Assembly: GCA_041497675.1 (NCBI GenBank)
Contig: JBGQGY010000109.1
Location: 1 to 12,514 of the forward strand
Origin: a bacterium
GTDB taxonomy: Bacteria > Sysuimicrobiota > Sysuimicrobiia > Sysuimicrobiales > Humicultoraceae
Direction: 5' to 3'
DNA: 12,514 bases
Both the position numbers and the translations under genes were made by a program. Below, piece after piece: positions 1-8,017 of this stretch. Under the pieces are notes generated by a model, which had not been told where the DNA came from, ran no database searches, and worked only from the letters and a program-made list of their open reading frames with translations. Position 1 is the stretch's first letter, and the number at the start of each line of letters is the position of its first letter.

Positions 1-420
1 GCCCGCCGGCCCCGCGACTGGCCCGCCCTCGCCCACCCCGCCGGGTGCCGCGCCCTGTTGCTGCTGCCGGCCCCGCGACTGGAACTCCTGCCGGGCGACC
101 TCCAAGGCGGCCTTCTGCTCGGCTGTAAAGGTGTCCCGAATCGCGCGCGCGATAATGACTCCCGCGTCATCGGAAGCGGGCACGTCCTTGAGGGCCTTGA
201 TAAACGGCAGAATCTTCGCAATCTGCTCCTTGCTGAGCCGGGTCTCGTCCGTCCGCTCAACGGTCCGGATGGCAAAGAGCACGGTGAGCCCGGGATCCCG
301 CGGTCGTGGGGGCTCGGCGACCGGCTGGCCGCGCGTGTAGTACACGCCGCCCGCGGCCAGGACGACCGCGGCGGCAATGAGCCCCACCCACACCCAGCGC
401 TTCTTCGTTGCCACGTTCAC
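1..420 (-). CDS. Partial (3' end outside window) hypothetical membrane-anchored protein with two LTxxQ-like helical motifs and a Gly/Pro/Gln-rich segment
   Basis: Absent from the ORF track. Manual translation from GTG at 420 (alternative GTG at 414), 4 nt after the permease stop, is open for 140 codons to the window edge: MNVATKKRWVWVGLIAAAVVLAAGGVYYTRGQP...RLSKEQIAKILPFIKALKD...IRDTFTAEQKAALEVARQEFQSRGRQQQQGAAPGGVGEGGPVAGPAG. It has a basic N-terminus followed by one hydrophobic helix. Confidence 0.8.
   Translation of the reverse strand, partial: MNVATKKRWVWVGLIAAAVVLAAGGVYYTRGQPVAEPPRPRDPGLTVLFAIRTVERTDETRLSKEQIAKILPFIKALKDVPASDDAGVIIARAIRDTFTAEQKAALEVARQEFQSRGRQQQQGAAPGGVGEGGPVAGPAG
5..82. 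repeat. Perfect 17-bp direct repeat GCCGGCCCCGCGACTGG at 5-21 and 66-82
   Basis: Read directly from the sequence. The copies are 61 nt apart and lie inside the low-complexity part of the 1..420 ORF. Confidence 0.85.
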
Positions 421-424
421 CGCG

Positions 425-1636
425 CTACTCATGACGCAGGGCGACGATGGGATCAAGCCCCGCAGCCCGTCGCGCCGGGTACAGCCCAAAAAACACCCCG
501 ACGGCGACCGCAAATGAAAACGCCATGATGACGGCCTGCGCCGACAACAGGACCGGCCACCCCGCCGACTGGCTGATCACCCTCGACCCGACCACGCCAA
601 TCCCGATGCCGATGAGTCCCCCGGTCACGCTGAGCGCCACCGCCTCGACCAGAAACTGCAGCAGCACGTCCCGGCGGCGCGCTCCCACGGCCTTACGAAT
701 GCCGATCTCGCGCGTGCGCTCGATGACCGACACCAACATGATGTTCATGATGCCGATGCCGCCGACGATCAATGACACGGCGGCTACGCCGCCCAGCAGC
801 GTGGTCATCGTCTGCGAGACGCTCGTCAGCGCCTGCAGCACATCCGCCTGGTTGCGCACCTGGAAGTCGTTGTCCTGGTTGGGGGTCAGTTTGTGGCGCG
901 TGCGCAGGAGTTCGGTCAACGCCGTCTGCGTCTCCGCCATCTCCTCTTGCGACGCCACCTGCACGTTGATCGAGCGGACATACGTGACGCCGAACAACCG
1001 GCGCTGGGCGGTCGTCAGGGGGACAAAGACGATGTTATCCCGATCCTGGAACGCGGACGCCCCCTTCTCTTCCATCACGCCAACCACCGTGAAGGTAATG
1101 CCGCGGATCTTGATGGTCTGGCCGATCGGGTCGGTGTCGCCGAAGAGCTGGTTGATGACCGTGCGGCCGACGATCGCGATCTTGGCGCGTGACCGCATGT
1201 CGTCTTCGGTCACGAACGCGCCGCGCTCGACGCGGAAGTTGCGCACCGTCTGAAACTCGGGCGTCACGCCGTTGACCGGGGCGTTCGTATTCTGGTTTCG
1301 ATAGACGACTTGGACCGATCGGGCAAACTCAGAGCTCACACCGATGACACCGGGCACCTGGTGCCTGATCGCCTCCGCATCTTCGGTGGTCAGGTTCACG
1401 ACCTGATCGCCGCGCGAGACCCCACCGAAACTGGCGGTCCCGGCGAACACCGTGAGGAGGTTGCTTCCCAGCGCCTGTACCTGCTGCTGCACGTTCTGAC
1501 GCGCGCCCTGACCGATCGCCACCATTGCGACCACGGCGCCGACGCCGATGATCACGCCGAGCATGGTGAGCAGCGAGCGCAGCGGGTTGCTGGCCAAGGC
1601 CCGCATGGCAATACGAACACTCGCGCCCAGATTCAT
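425..1636 (-). CDS. MacB/FtsX-family (YknZ-like) ABC transporter permease
   Basis: 403 aa. N-terminal RSLLTMLGVIIGVGAVVAMVAIGQG, a large extracytoplasmic domain, C-terminal VGGIGIMNIMLVSVIERTREIGIRKAVGA and FFGLYPARRAAGLDPIVALRHE. ATGA overlap with the ATPase gene. Confidence 0.96.
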   Translation of the reverse strand: MNLGASVRIAMRALASNPLRSLLTMLGVIIGVGAVVAMVAIGQGARQNVQQQVQALGSNLLTVFAGTASFGGVSRGDQVVNLTTEDAEAIRHQVPGVIGVSSEFARSVQVVYRNQNTNAPVNGVTPEFQTVRNFRVERGAFVTEDDMRSRAKIAIVGRTVINQLFGDTDPIGQTIKIRGITFTVVGVMEEKGASAFQDRDNIVFVPLTTAQRRLFGVTYVRSINVQVASQEEMAETQTALTELLRTRHKLTPNQDNDFQVRNQADVLQALTSVSQTMTTLLGGVAAVSLIVGGIGIMNIMLVSVIERTREIGIRKAVGARRRDVLLQFLVEAVALSVTGGLIGIGIGVVGSRVISQSAGWPVLLSAQAVIMAFSFAVAVGVFFGLYPARRAAGLDPIVALRHE

Positions 1637-2343
1637 CGCGGTGGGCCTCCGGGGGCCACGACCTGGCGGTGCGCGTGGTCGTCGCGCACGATCCGCCCGT
1701 CGCGGAATTGGATGAAGCGCCGTGCGTGAGCGGCGATATCGGCTTCGTGCGTCACCATCACGATGGTGATACCCTTCCGCGAGAGGTTCTCCAGCAACAT
1801 CATGATCTCGCCTGAGGTCGTGGTATCCAGGTTGCCGGTTGGCTCGTCCGCCAGGATGATCGACGGCGACATGACCAGGGCGCGCGCGATGGCGACGCGC
1901 TGTTGCTCACCACCGGACAACTGCGTCGGCATGTGACCGGCGCGGGCCTTGAGGTTGACCGCCTCGAGGGCCCCCAGGGCCTTCGCCCGCCGGTCGGGCG
2001 TGCCGGCATAGATCATCGGGAGTTCGACGTTCTCTACCGCCGGGGTCCGCGGCAGCAGGTTGAACGACTGGAAGACGAACCCCAGGCGCTGGTTTCTCAG
2101 CCGAGCCAGGGCGACGTCGTCGAGGCGGGTAATGTCTTGACCTTCGAACAGGTACGTGCCGGCGGTCGGCCGGTCGAGCAGCCCGATGATGTTCATGCAG
2201 GTCGACTTCCCGGAGCCGCTCGGGCCCATGATGGCTACGAACTCGCCCGGTTCAATGGTCAGCGAAATCCCTCGCAGTGCGCGGACCTCGACGCCGTCCA
2301 TTCGGTAGACCTTCTCGACGTCGGTGAGCCGGATCAACGGCAT
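1633..2343 (-). CDS. ABC transporter ATP-binding protein, MacB/LolD/YknY subfamily
   Basis: 236 aa. Walker [21 protein letters not shown]-loop, signature [15 protein letters not shown], Walker B/D-loop [12 protein letters not shown]-loop VTHE. Confidence 0.97.
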   Translation of the reverse strand: MPLIRLTDVEKVYRMDGVEVRALRGISLTIEPGEFVAIMGPSGSGKSTCMNIIGLLDRPTAGTYLFEGQDITRLDDVALARLRNQRLGFVFQSFNLLPRTPAVENVELPMIYAGTPDRRAKALGALEAVNLKARAGHMPTQLSGGEQQRVAIARALVMSPSIILADEPTGNLDTTTSGEIMMLLENLSRKGITIVMVTHEADIAAHARRFIQFRDGRIVRDDHAHRQVVAPGGPPR

Positions 2344-2350
2344 CGGCGCG

Positions 2351-3826
2351 CTACCGACCTGCCGGCCGCCGCTGCTGGAACTGCGGCATGAAGGGGTTCA
2401 CCTGTTGGGGACGGCCGGTGCTGCCTCCCGGCTGGCGCGACGGGCCCAGATAGACCGTCTGCCCGACCTCGACGCCCTTGACGATCTCGACCTGGCGGCC
2501 ATCCGTGGCGCCCGTTTCGACGACGATCGGCGTGAGCGTCTCGCCTTCGACCAGGATGATCACCTTGGCGTCCTGGCCGCGCACCGCCTCCACGGGCACC
2601 AACAGCACGTTCTCGCGGCCCGTCACCACGAACTCGGCATCCACACCCATCCCGAGCCGCAGCGCCTCCTCGGGATGGTCGATCGCGACGATGACCTCGT
2701 ACTGCGTCACGTTCTGGATGACCTGGGACTGCGGCGCGATCCGGCGCACCTTGCCGCTGAACGTGCGGCCGCGCAGCGCATCGGCCGTGACACGCACCCC
2801 CATGCCGGTCGTGACCTTGGCGATGTCCGTCTCGTCGACCATCACGGAGGCCTGGATGATGCGGGTGTCGGCGAGCATCATGACGAGCGTCCCACCGCTG
2901 CTCACGCCGCCGATCACGTTCTGACCGACCTGCACCGACAGCTTGGACACGATGCCCGCGATCGGGGCGGTCACCTGAGTCTCGCGGAGCCGGTCCCGGG
3001 CCTGCTGCGCCAGGGCGGCCGCGTTGCGCACCTGGGCGGTCACGGCATCGACGTCGGCGGCAAGCACGCGCTCCTGGAGCACCGCGACGCGGGCCTGAGC
3101 AACGGCGGCTTCGGCCTCGCGAACCTGGGCGCGAACGACCGCGATGTCCTCTTGGGTGCTCCCCGTCTGCAACTCGCGCAGGCGCGCCTGCGCGGTGCTG
3201 ATCTGCGTCTGGGCCACGTCAAACTGCGTCTGCGCCTGCTCGAGCTGCGTCTTCGGCACCATACCGTCGCTGAAGAGCGTGCGCGCGCGGTCGAGGTTCT
3301 GACGCGCCAGGTTGAGGTTGACCTCGGCCTGCCGTACCACTTCGCGGGCCTGGTCGAGCTGCTCGGGCCGCGTGCCGGCCGTGAGCTGCTGGAACCGGGC
3401 GCGCGCCGTGGCCAGCGCCGCCTCTGTCTGCGCGATACGCGTGCGATTTTGGGCCCTCGTCGAGACCAGGGTGGCGCGTGACTGCTCAAGACGCGCCTGT
3501 GCCGCCGCCAGCGACGCCTGGGCGGTCTCGTATCCGGCCCGTGCGTCCCGGTCGTCGATGTCGAGCAACAGCGCGCCCTGCTTGACCCGATCGCCCTCCT
3601 GGACGTGTACGTCAACAACGGTCCCGGTCGCGCGTGACCGCACCTCAACTTGCGAGTACGGCTGCACGGCGCCGGTCGCCGTCACGCTCACGCTGATGTT
3701 GCCGCGCGTCACGCGCGCCGTCCGGAATGCCTCGGCCGCCGGCTGCGACGCCCTTCGCGTCCGGTAGGCCCATCCGCCGGCCACGACAAGCGCGATCACC
3801 GCCGCCACCACCAGAATGCGCTTCAA
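2351..3826 (-). CDS. HlyD/MacA-family periplasmic adaptor (membrane fusion protein) with extended alpha-helical hairpin
   Basis: N-terminal membrane anchor, lipoyl half-motifs GTVVDVHVQEGDRVKQGALL and VTAPIAGIV, beta-barrel motif VDETDIAKV, membrane-proximal LLVPVEAV...VETG. Start placed at TTG 3826 because GGAGGAG (3832-3838) lies 5 nt upstream; the ORF track uses GTG 3844. Confidence 0.93.
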   Translation of the reverse strand: MKRILVVAAVIALVVAGGWAYRTRRASQPAAEAFRTARVTRGNISVSVTATGAVQPYSQVEVRSRATGTVVDVHVQEGDRVKQGALLLDIDDRDARAGYETAQASLAAAQARLEQSRATLVSTRAQNRTRIAQTEAALATARARFQQLTAGTRPEQLDQAREVVRQAEVNLNLARQNLDRARTLFSDGMVPKTQLEQAQTQFDVAQTQISTAQARLRELQTGSTQEDIAVVRAQVREAEAAVAQARVAVLQERVLAADVDAVTAQVRNAAALAQQARDRLRETQVTAPIAGIVSKLSVQVGQNVIGGVSSGGTLVMMLADTRIIQASVMVDETDIAKVTTGMGVRVTADALRGRTFSGKVRRIAPQSQVIQNVTQYEVIVAIDHPEEALRLGMGVDAEFVVTGRENVLLVPVEAVRGQDAKVIILVEGETLTPIVVETGATDGRQVEIVKGVEVGQTVYLGPSRQPGGSTGRPQQVNPFMPQFQQRRPAGR

Positions 3827-3860
3827 CTGGGCTCCTCCGCGCACGACCGTCTACCCATTC

Positions 3861-4325
3861 TCAACGCGCGCCCACCGGGACCGGTTCCCGCTCCGGCGCA
3901 AACACGCCCCGGAGCGCTCGCATCGCCTGTGCCACCGTTGATCGCTCTGACGGGGTCAACCGGATCAGGACCGCGGCCAGGTAGTCCTCCGCCGCCCGCT
4001 GCGCCGCGTCGAGCGCCCCGCGCCCCGTCGCCGTCAGGGCCAGCGCCACGCGGCGTCGGTCGGTGGCGTGAGGTTGACGGCGCACCAGACCGCGCACCAC
4101 CAGCCCGTCGATCAACCGCGACACGGACGGGAGCGCGATCTCGAGATGTTCGGCGACGTCCGAGATCGACGCCCCCTCGTGCCGGCGCAGGAACATCAGT
4201 GTCCGAAGCTGTGGAATCGAAAGGTTGAGGCCGGTTTGCGACCGCAGGTGAGATCCCAGACCCCGCATCATCACCGGGACGGTTTGCAACACAACCCGCG
4301 CGCACTCCGCAGCAGAGGTGTCCAA
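3861..4325 (-). CDS. MarR-family transcriptional regulator
   Basis: 154 aa. LSIPQLRTLMFL...SISDVAEHLEIALPSVSRLIDGLVVRGLVRRQPHATDRRRVALALTATGR matches the MarR winged helix with the DRR motif. TTG start with SD AGGAGAGG at 4333-4340. Confidence 0.95.
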   Translation of the reverse strand: MDTSAAECARVVLQTVPVMMRGLGSHLRSQTGLNLSIPQLRTLMFLRRHEGASISDVAEHLEIALPSVSRLIDGLVVRGLVRRQPHATDRRRVALALTATGRGALDAAQRAAEDYLAAVLIRLTPSERSTVAQAMRALRGVFAPEREPVPVGAR

Positions 4326-4341
4326 TTGATTACCTCTCCTA

Positions 4342-4362
4342 ATAGTTAGGATATCTAACTAT
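4342..4362. promoter_or_regulatory. Putative MarR operator: perfect inverted repeat ATAGTTAG-N5-CTAACTAT
   Basis: Arms at 4342-4349 and 4355-4362 are exact reverse complements. The site is AT-rich in a GC-rich context and sits between the -10 box and the SD of the marR gene. Confidence 0.85.
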
Positions 4363-4385
4363 ATCACTGCAACTCTGCGCGTCAA
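4358..4385 (-). promoter_or_regulatory. Sigma70-type promoter for the marR-exporter operon
   Basis: On the minus strand: -35 TTGACG (4385-4380), 16-nt spacer, -10 TATAGT (4363-4358) preceded by TGA, giving an extended -10 (TGn). Each hexamer matches consensus at 5 of 6 positions. Confidence 0.8.
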
Positions 4386-4390
4386 GCAAT

Positions 4391-4831
4391 CTACGAGTTG
4401 GACGCCGGCCGGCCCTGCAAAGTTGGGCGCTCGGGAGGATCCACCAGGACCACCGCTTCGCCCTCGAGGACGGTCTCATCGCGCTGGTTGACGCACGTGG
4501 TCCGGAGCCGCAACCGCCGCCGGGCCGCATCGTAGGACAGCACCTCGGCGGCGGCGGTGATAGTGTCGCCGATGCGGACGGGCTTGAGGAAGTTGAGGGT
4601 CTGGCTGATGTAGATGCCGCCGGGGCCTGGCAGCTGCATGCCGATGACGGTCGAGATCAAGCCGGCGGTCAGGATGCCGTGGGCGATGCGTCCGCCGAAG
4701 CGGCTGCGGCTCGCGAAGTCTGCGTCCACGTGCAGCGGGTTGACGTCGCCTGTAATCTCCGCGAATCCGGTCACATCGGCGTCGCCGATCGTCTTGGTGA
4801 ATGAGGCCCGCTGCCCGGCCGTGAACGTCAC
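4391..4831 (-). CDS. MaoC-family dehydratase, (R)-specific enoyl-CoA hydratase (PhaJ-like)
   Basis: 146 aa from GTG 4831, in a GTGA overlap with the upstream stop. Hydratase-2 motif FAEITGDVNPLHVDADFA with catalytic Asp/His, plus FGGRIAHG, LPGPG and FLKPVRIGD. The 300-aa ORF-track call is over-extended. Confidence 0.92.
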   Translation of the reverse strand: MTFTAGQRASFTKTIGDADVTGFAEITGDVNPLHVDADFASRSRFGGRIAHGILTAGLISTVIGMQLPGPGGIYISQTLNFLKPVRIGDTITAAAEVLSYDAARRRLRLRTTCVNQRDETVLEGEAVVLVDPPERPTLQGRPASNS

Positions 4832-5613
4832 CGCGCGGTCCATCCTCCGTCGATCGAGTGCGTGACCCCGGTGATCATACCCGCGGCGTCGCCCGAGAGA
4901 AACACCGCGAGCGCGGCCACCTCTTCCGGTTCGATCAGTCGCTTGATCGCGACCGGCGCCAAAAAGACGCGCTCCACGACGTCGGAGGCGGGCACGCCTT
5001 GCGCGCGCGCCACGTCGGCGATCTGCCCCTCCACGAGCGGCGTGCGCACGTACCCCGGACAGATCGCGTTCACCGTGATGCCGTACTCGCCCAGTTCCAG
5101 CGCGGCCACTTTGGTGAAGCCGACGATGCCGTGCTTGGCCGACACATAGGCGGACTTGAAGGGCGACGCAATCAGCCCATGGGCCGACGCGATGTTGATC
5201 ACACGGCCCCACCCTTGACGCGTCATGTGGGGCGCGGCGTGCTTCGTGCACAGGAAGGTACCGGTGAGCATGACGCGCAGCAGCAGATCCCACTTCTCCT
5301 CCGGATAGTCGGCGATCGGCGAGACAAACTGGAGACCGGCGTTGTTGACCAGGATATCAAGCCGGCCGAAGTGGCGCGCCGTGGCGTCGACCATCGACCG
5401 TACGGAGGCGCCGTCCGACACATCCGCCGTAATCGCGTGCGCGCGCCCGCCTCCGCGCGTGATCTCTCCCGCAACCGCCTGCCCCCGCCCTGCGTCCATG
5501 TCGGCGACGCAGACACCGGTGCCCGCCTCCGCCAGCGCGAGCGCAATCGCCCGGCCGATGCCCGACCCCCCGCCGGTGACGATCGCCGCCTTCCCACTCA
5601 GCGTGCCGGTCAT
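4828..5613 (-). CDS. bdhA: D-3-hydroxybutyrate dehydrogenase (classical SDR)
   Basis: 261 aa. TGGGSGIG, NNAGLQ, SAHGLIASPFKSAYVSAKHG (YxxxK plus the Gln/His/Lys substrate residues typical of HBDH), ICPGYVRTPLVEGQI, C-terminal DGGWTAR. GGAGG SD upstream. Confidence 0.9.
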   Translation of the reverse strand: MTGTLSGKAAIVTGGGSGIGRAIALALAEAGTGVCVADMDAGRGQAVAGEITRGGGRAHAITADVSDGASVRSMVDATARHFGRLDILVNNAGLQFVSPIADYPEEKWDLLLRVMLTGTFLCTKHAAPHMTRQGWGRVINIASAHGLIASPFKSAYVSAKHGIVGFTKVAALELGEYGITVNAICPGYVRTPLVEGQIADVARAQGVPASDVVERVFLAPVAIKRLIEPEEVAALAVFLSGDAAGMITGVTHSIDGGWTAR

Positions 5614-5635
5614 GTGATCCTCCGTGTCTGGCCCG

Positions 5636-6361
5636 TCACAGTCCCAGGTAGGCCTGCCTGACGTGATCGTTCTTCAAGAGGTCGGGGCCGGTCCCTTCGA
5701 GCACGATCCGCCCGTTTTCCAGCACATAGCCTCTATGAGCCATCGCGAGCGTCTGGCGCGCGTTCTGCTCGACCAGGATGATCGTGGTGCCCGCACGGTT
5801 GACCTGCCGCAGGGCGTCGAAGACCGCGGCCATGAGCACAGGCGCCAAACCCAGCGACGGCTCGTCAACCAGGAGCATCGTCGGGCGTGCCATCAGCGCC
5901 CGCGCGATGGCCAGCATCTGTTGCTCGCCGCCGCTCATCGTGCCTGCAACCTGATGCTGCCGCTCGCGCAGACGCGGGAAGAGATCGAACACGGCCTGCA
6001 TCGTCTCCCCGCGGCGCTCCCACGCGCCGGGGACAAAGGCCGCGCCCAGTTCGAGGTGCTCGAGCACCGGCATCGCGGGGAAGAGTTGCCGGCCCTCCGG
6101 GACATGCGCGATCCCCATCCGCGCAATGGCCGCGGGCGACCGCCCCGCGATCAGGCGATCGCTGAAGATCACGCGGCCGGCGGGTCGCACCAGGCCTGAG
6201 ATCGCACGCAACAGTGTGGTCTTCCCCGCGCCGTTCGCGCCGACCAAACAGACGATCTCGCCCCGGTCGACGTGGAACCCCAGGTCCCACAGCACCTGCA
6301 CACGGCCGTACCCGGCGTTGAGGCGTTCGACACGGAGCAGGGCGCGGTCAGGAGCCACCAC
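5636..6361 (-). CDS. livF: HAAT-family ABC transporter ATP-binding protein, LivF-like
   Basis: GANGAGKTT, HVPEGRQLF, MSGGEQQMLAIARALM, VDEPSLGLAP, LVEQN, VRQAYLGL. Start placed at GTG 6361, 6 nt after GGAGG (6368-6372). The symbol denotes the family, not proven amino-acid transport. Confidence 0.94.
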   Translation of the reverse strand: MVAPDRALLRVERLNAGYGRVQVLWDLGFHVDRGEIVCLVGANGAGKTTLLRAISGLVRPAGRVIFSDRLIAGRSPAAIARMGIAHVPEGRQLFPAMPVLEHLELGAAFVPGAWERRGETMQAVFDLFPRLRERQHQVAGTMSGGEQQMLAIARALMARPTMLLVDEPSLGLAPVLMAAVFDALRQVNRAGTTIILVEQNARQTLAMAHRGYVLENGRIVLEGTGPDLLKNDHVRQAYLGL

Positions 6362-7088
6362 TTGCGCCCTCCGGACCGAGATACGCTTCAATCACCGCCG
6401 GGTCGCGGGCCACGGTGTCAAATGGGCCTTCGGCGATCTTGCGTCCGAAGTTCAGCACCGTCACGCGGTCGGCAAGATCGCGCACGCCGCTCATGACATG
6501 ATCGATCAGCAGCACGGTCACCCCCGCCGTCCTGATCCGGCGGATCATGTCGACCGCCCGCGCCGCTTCGGCGGGAGTCAAACCCGCCATCACCTCATCG
6601 AGCAGCAGCAGTCGGGGGTGCGTGGCCAGGGCGCGCGCGACCTCGAGCCGCTTCAGGTCGGCGACGCCCAGCTCCGAGACGTCCCGGAGCATGAGGTGGG
6701 CGATCGCGACGAGATCGCAGACGGCCTCGGCGTCCCGGCGCGCCGCGGCGGTCGACTTCGGTGTCGTATGGCCGAACAGCTCGCCGACCATCACGTTCTC
6801 CAGCACCGTCATGTCGTGGAACGGCTGCATCAACTGAAAGGTCCGGCCGATGCCCAGACGGGCGCGTTCGTGGGGCTTGCGCGTCGTGATATCGACATCG
6901 TCGAACAGGACGCGTCCAGAATCCGGTGGTGTCAGACCCGAGATAACATTAAATGTCGTCGACTTGCCGGCCCCGTTGGGACCGATCAGCGCCAGAATCT
7001 CGCCCTGACGCACCTCGAGCGATAAGTCGTCGATCGCGACCAGCCCGCCGAAGGCTTTGGTGACGTCGATCAGCGTCAGGAGGCTCAC
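6348..7088 (-). CDS. livG: HAAT-family ABC transporter ATP-binding protein, LivG-like
   Basis: KAFGGLVAI, GPNGAGKST, GIGRTFQ, LLLLDEVMAGL, DPAVIEAYLG. Start placed at GTG 7088 (GTGA overlap with the livM stop). Confidence 0.94.
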   Translation of the reverse strand: MSLLTLIDVTKAFGGLVAIDDLSLEVRQGEILALIGPNGAGKSTTFNVISGLTPPDSGRVLFDDVDITTRKPHERARLGIGRTFQLMQPFHDMTVLENVMVGELFGHTTPKSTAAARRDAEAVCDLVAIAHLMLRDVSELGVADLKRLEVARALATHPRLLLLDEVMAGLTPAEAARAVDMIRRIRTAGVTVLLIDHVMSGVRDLADRVTVLNFGRKIAEGPFDTVARDPAVIEAYLGPEGASGGS

Positions 7089-8017
7089 GAGCCGCCGCCG
7101 CGCCGCCGCATCGACGCCCACAGACCGACCAGGCCTCGCGGGAGATACAGGATGACGATCGCCAGAATGAGCCCGTAGATGATGAGGTAGCCGCTGCGAA
7201 ACTTGGTGCGCAGGATCTCCTCGCCGACGCGCAGCACCGCGGCGCCCACCAGCGGCCCGACCGTGCTGTACAACCCGCCGAAGATGGGCGCGACCAGGGC
7301 GCCGACCGAGGTCGCGATGCTGAACGCTTCAAACGGGTTGATGAACAGGAAGACGTGGGCGTAGAACGCGCCCGCGAGCCCCGCGAACGCCGCGCTGATC
7401 GCAAACGCCACGACCTTGAACCGGACGACGTCCACGCCCATCGCCCCGGCCACTTCCTCGTTGGTGCGGATGGCGGTAAAGGCGAAGTACCAGCGCGAGC
7501 GGTTGATGCCCCATGAGACCGCGACCGCCGCGACCAGGATCGCCAGGATCACGAGATACTGCGCCAGGAGGCTGCCCCCCAGCAGGGGTGGGACGATGAG
7601 ACCGGACGACCCGCCGGTAAAGCGCACCTGCTTGGCAATCACCCGCAGCGTCTCGCTGAACGCCAGCGTGGCGATCGCGAAGTAGATGCCGCGCAACCGC
7701 AGCGTCAGCACACCGAGCGCCGTGGCCGCGATCGCGGCGACGAGACCGCCGGCCGCGATGCCGAGGGCGACAGGCAGCTGTGCGAGTGTGACCAACAGCG
7801 CCGACGCGTAGGCGCCCAGCCCGAAGAACGCGGCGTGCGCGAGCGACAGCTGGCCGGTGCGCGCCAGCAGATCCCATGACAGCGCGAGCACGGCAAAGAT
7901 CAAGATATTGAGCGCGAGCTGCAGATAGTAGGGGTGCGCGCGGCCGGCCCAGAATGGGAGCGCCACGGCCGCCGCGAGCAGCGCTGCCAGCGTGACACCG
8001 GCGCCCGCCCGCCGCAT
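7085..8017 (-). CDS. livM: HAAT-family ABC transporter permease, LivM-like
   Basis: ALSWDLL..TGQLSLAHAAFFGLGAY, LRLRGIYFAIATLAF, AIRTNEEVAGAMGVD, multiple hydrophobic helices. ATG 8017 overlaps the livH stop (TGATG); GTG 8020 is an alternative start. Confidence 0.94.
   Translation of the reverse strand: MRRAGAGVTLAALLAAAVALPFWAGRAHPYYLQLALNILIFAVLALSWDLLARTGQLSLAHAAFFGLGAYASALLVTLAQLPVALGIAAGGLVAAIAATALGVLTLRLRGIYFAIATLAFSETLRVIAKQVRFTGGSSGLIVPPLLGGSLLAQYLVILAILVAAVAVSWGINRSRWYFAFTAIRTNEEVAGAMGVDVVRFKVVAFAISAAFAGLAGAFYAHVFLFINPFEAFSIATSVGALVAPIFGGLYSTVGPLVGAAVLRVGEEILRTKFRSGYLIIYGLILAIVILYLPRGLVGLWASMRRRGGGS

Noticed and set aside
5..82. CRISPR interpretation of the 61-nt-period repeat
   Set aside because: Only two 17-bp copies, inside a plausible ORF, with no cas genes or leader visible.
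425..3826. Labelling the exporter as macrolide resistance macAB
   Set aside because: ATPase and permease are separate genes and substrate cannot be inferred from family membership.
4342..4362. Palindrome as an intrinsic terminator for the upstream operon
   Set aside because: AT-rich stem with no following U-tract, and it overlaps a -10 box; an operator fits better.
4832..5293. N-terminal half of the 300-aa ORF 4391..5293, suggesting a MaoC fusion protein
   Set aside because: It overlaps bdhA out of frame and is Arg-rich nonsense; MaoC similarity begins at the GTGA-coupled start at 4831.
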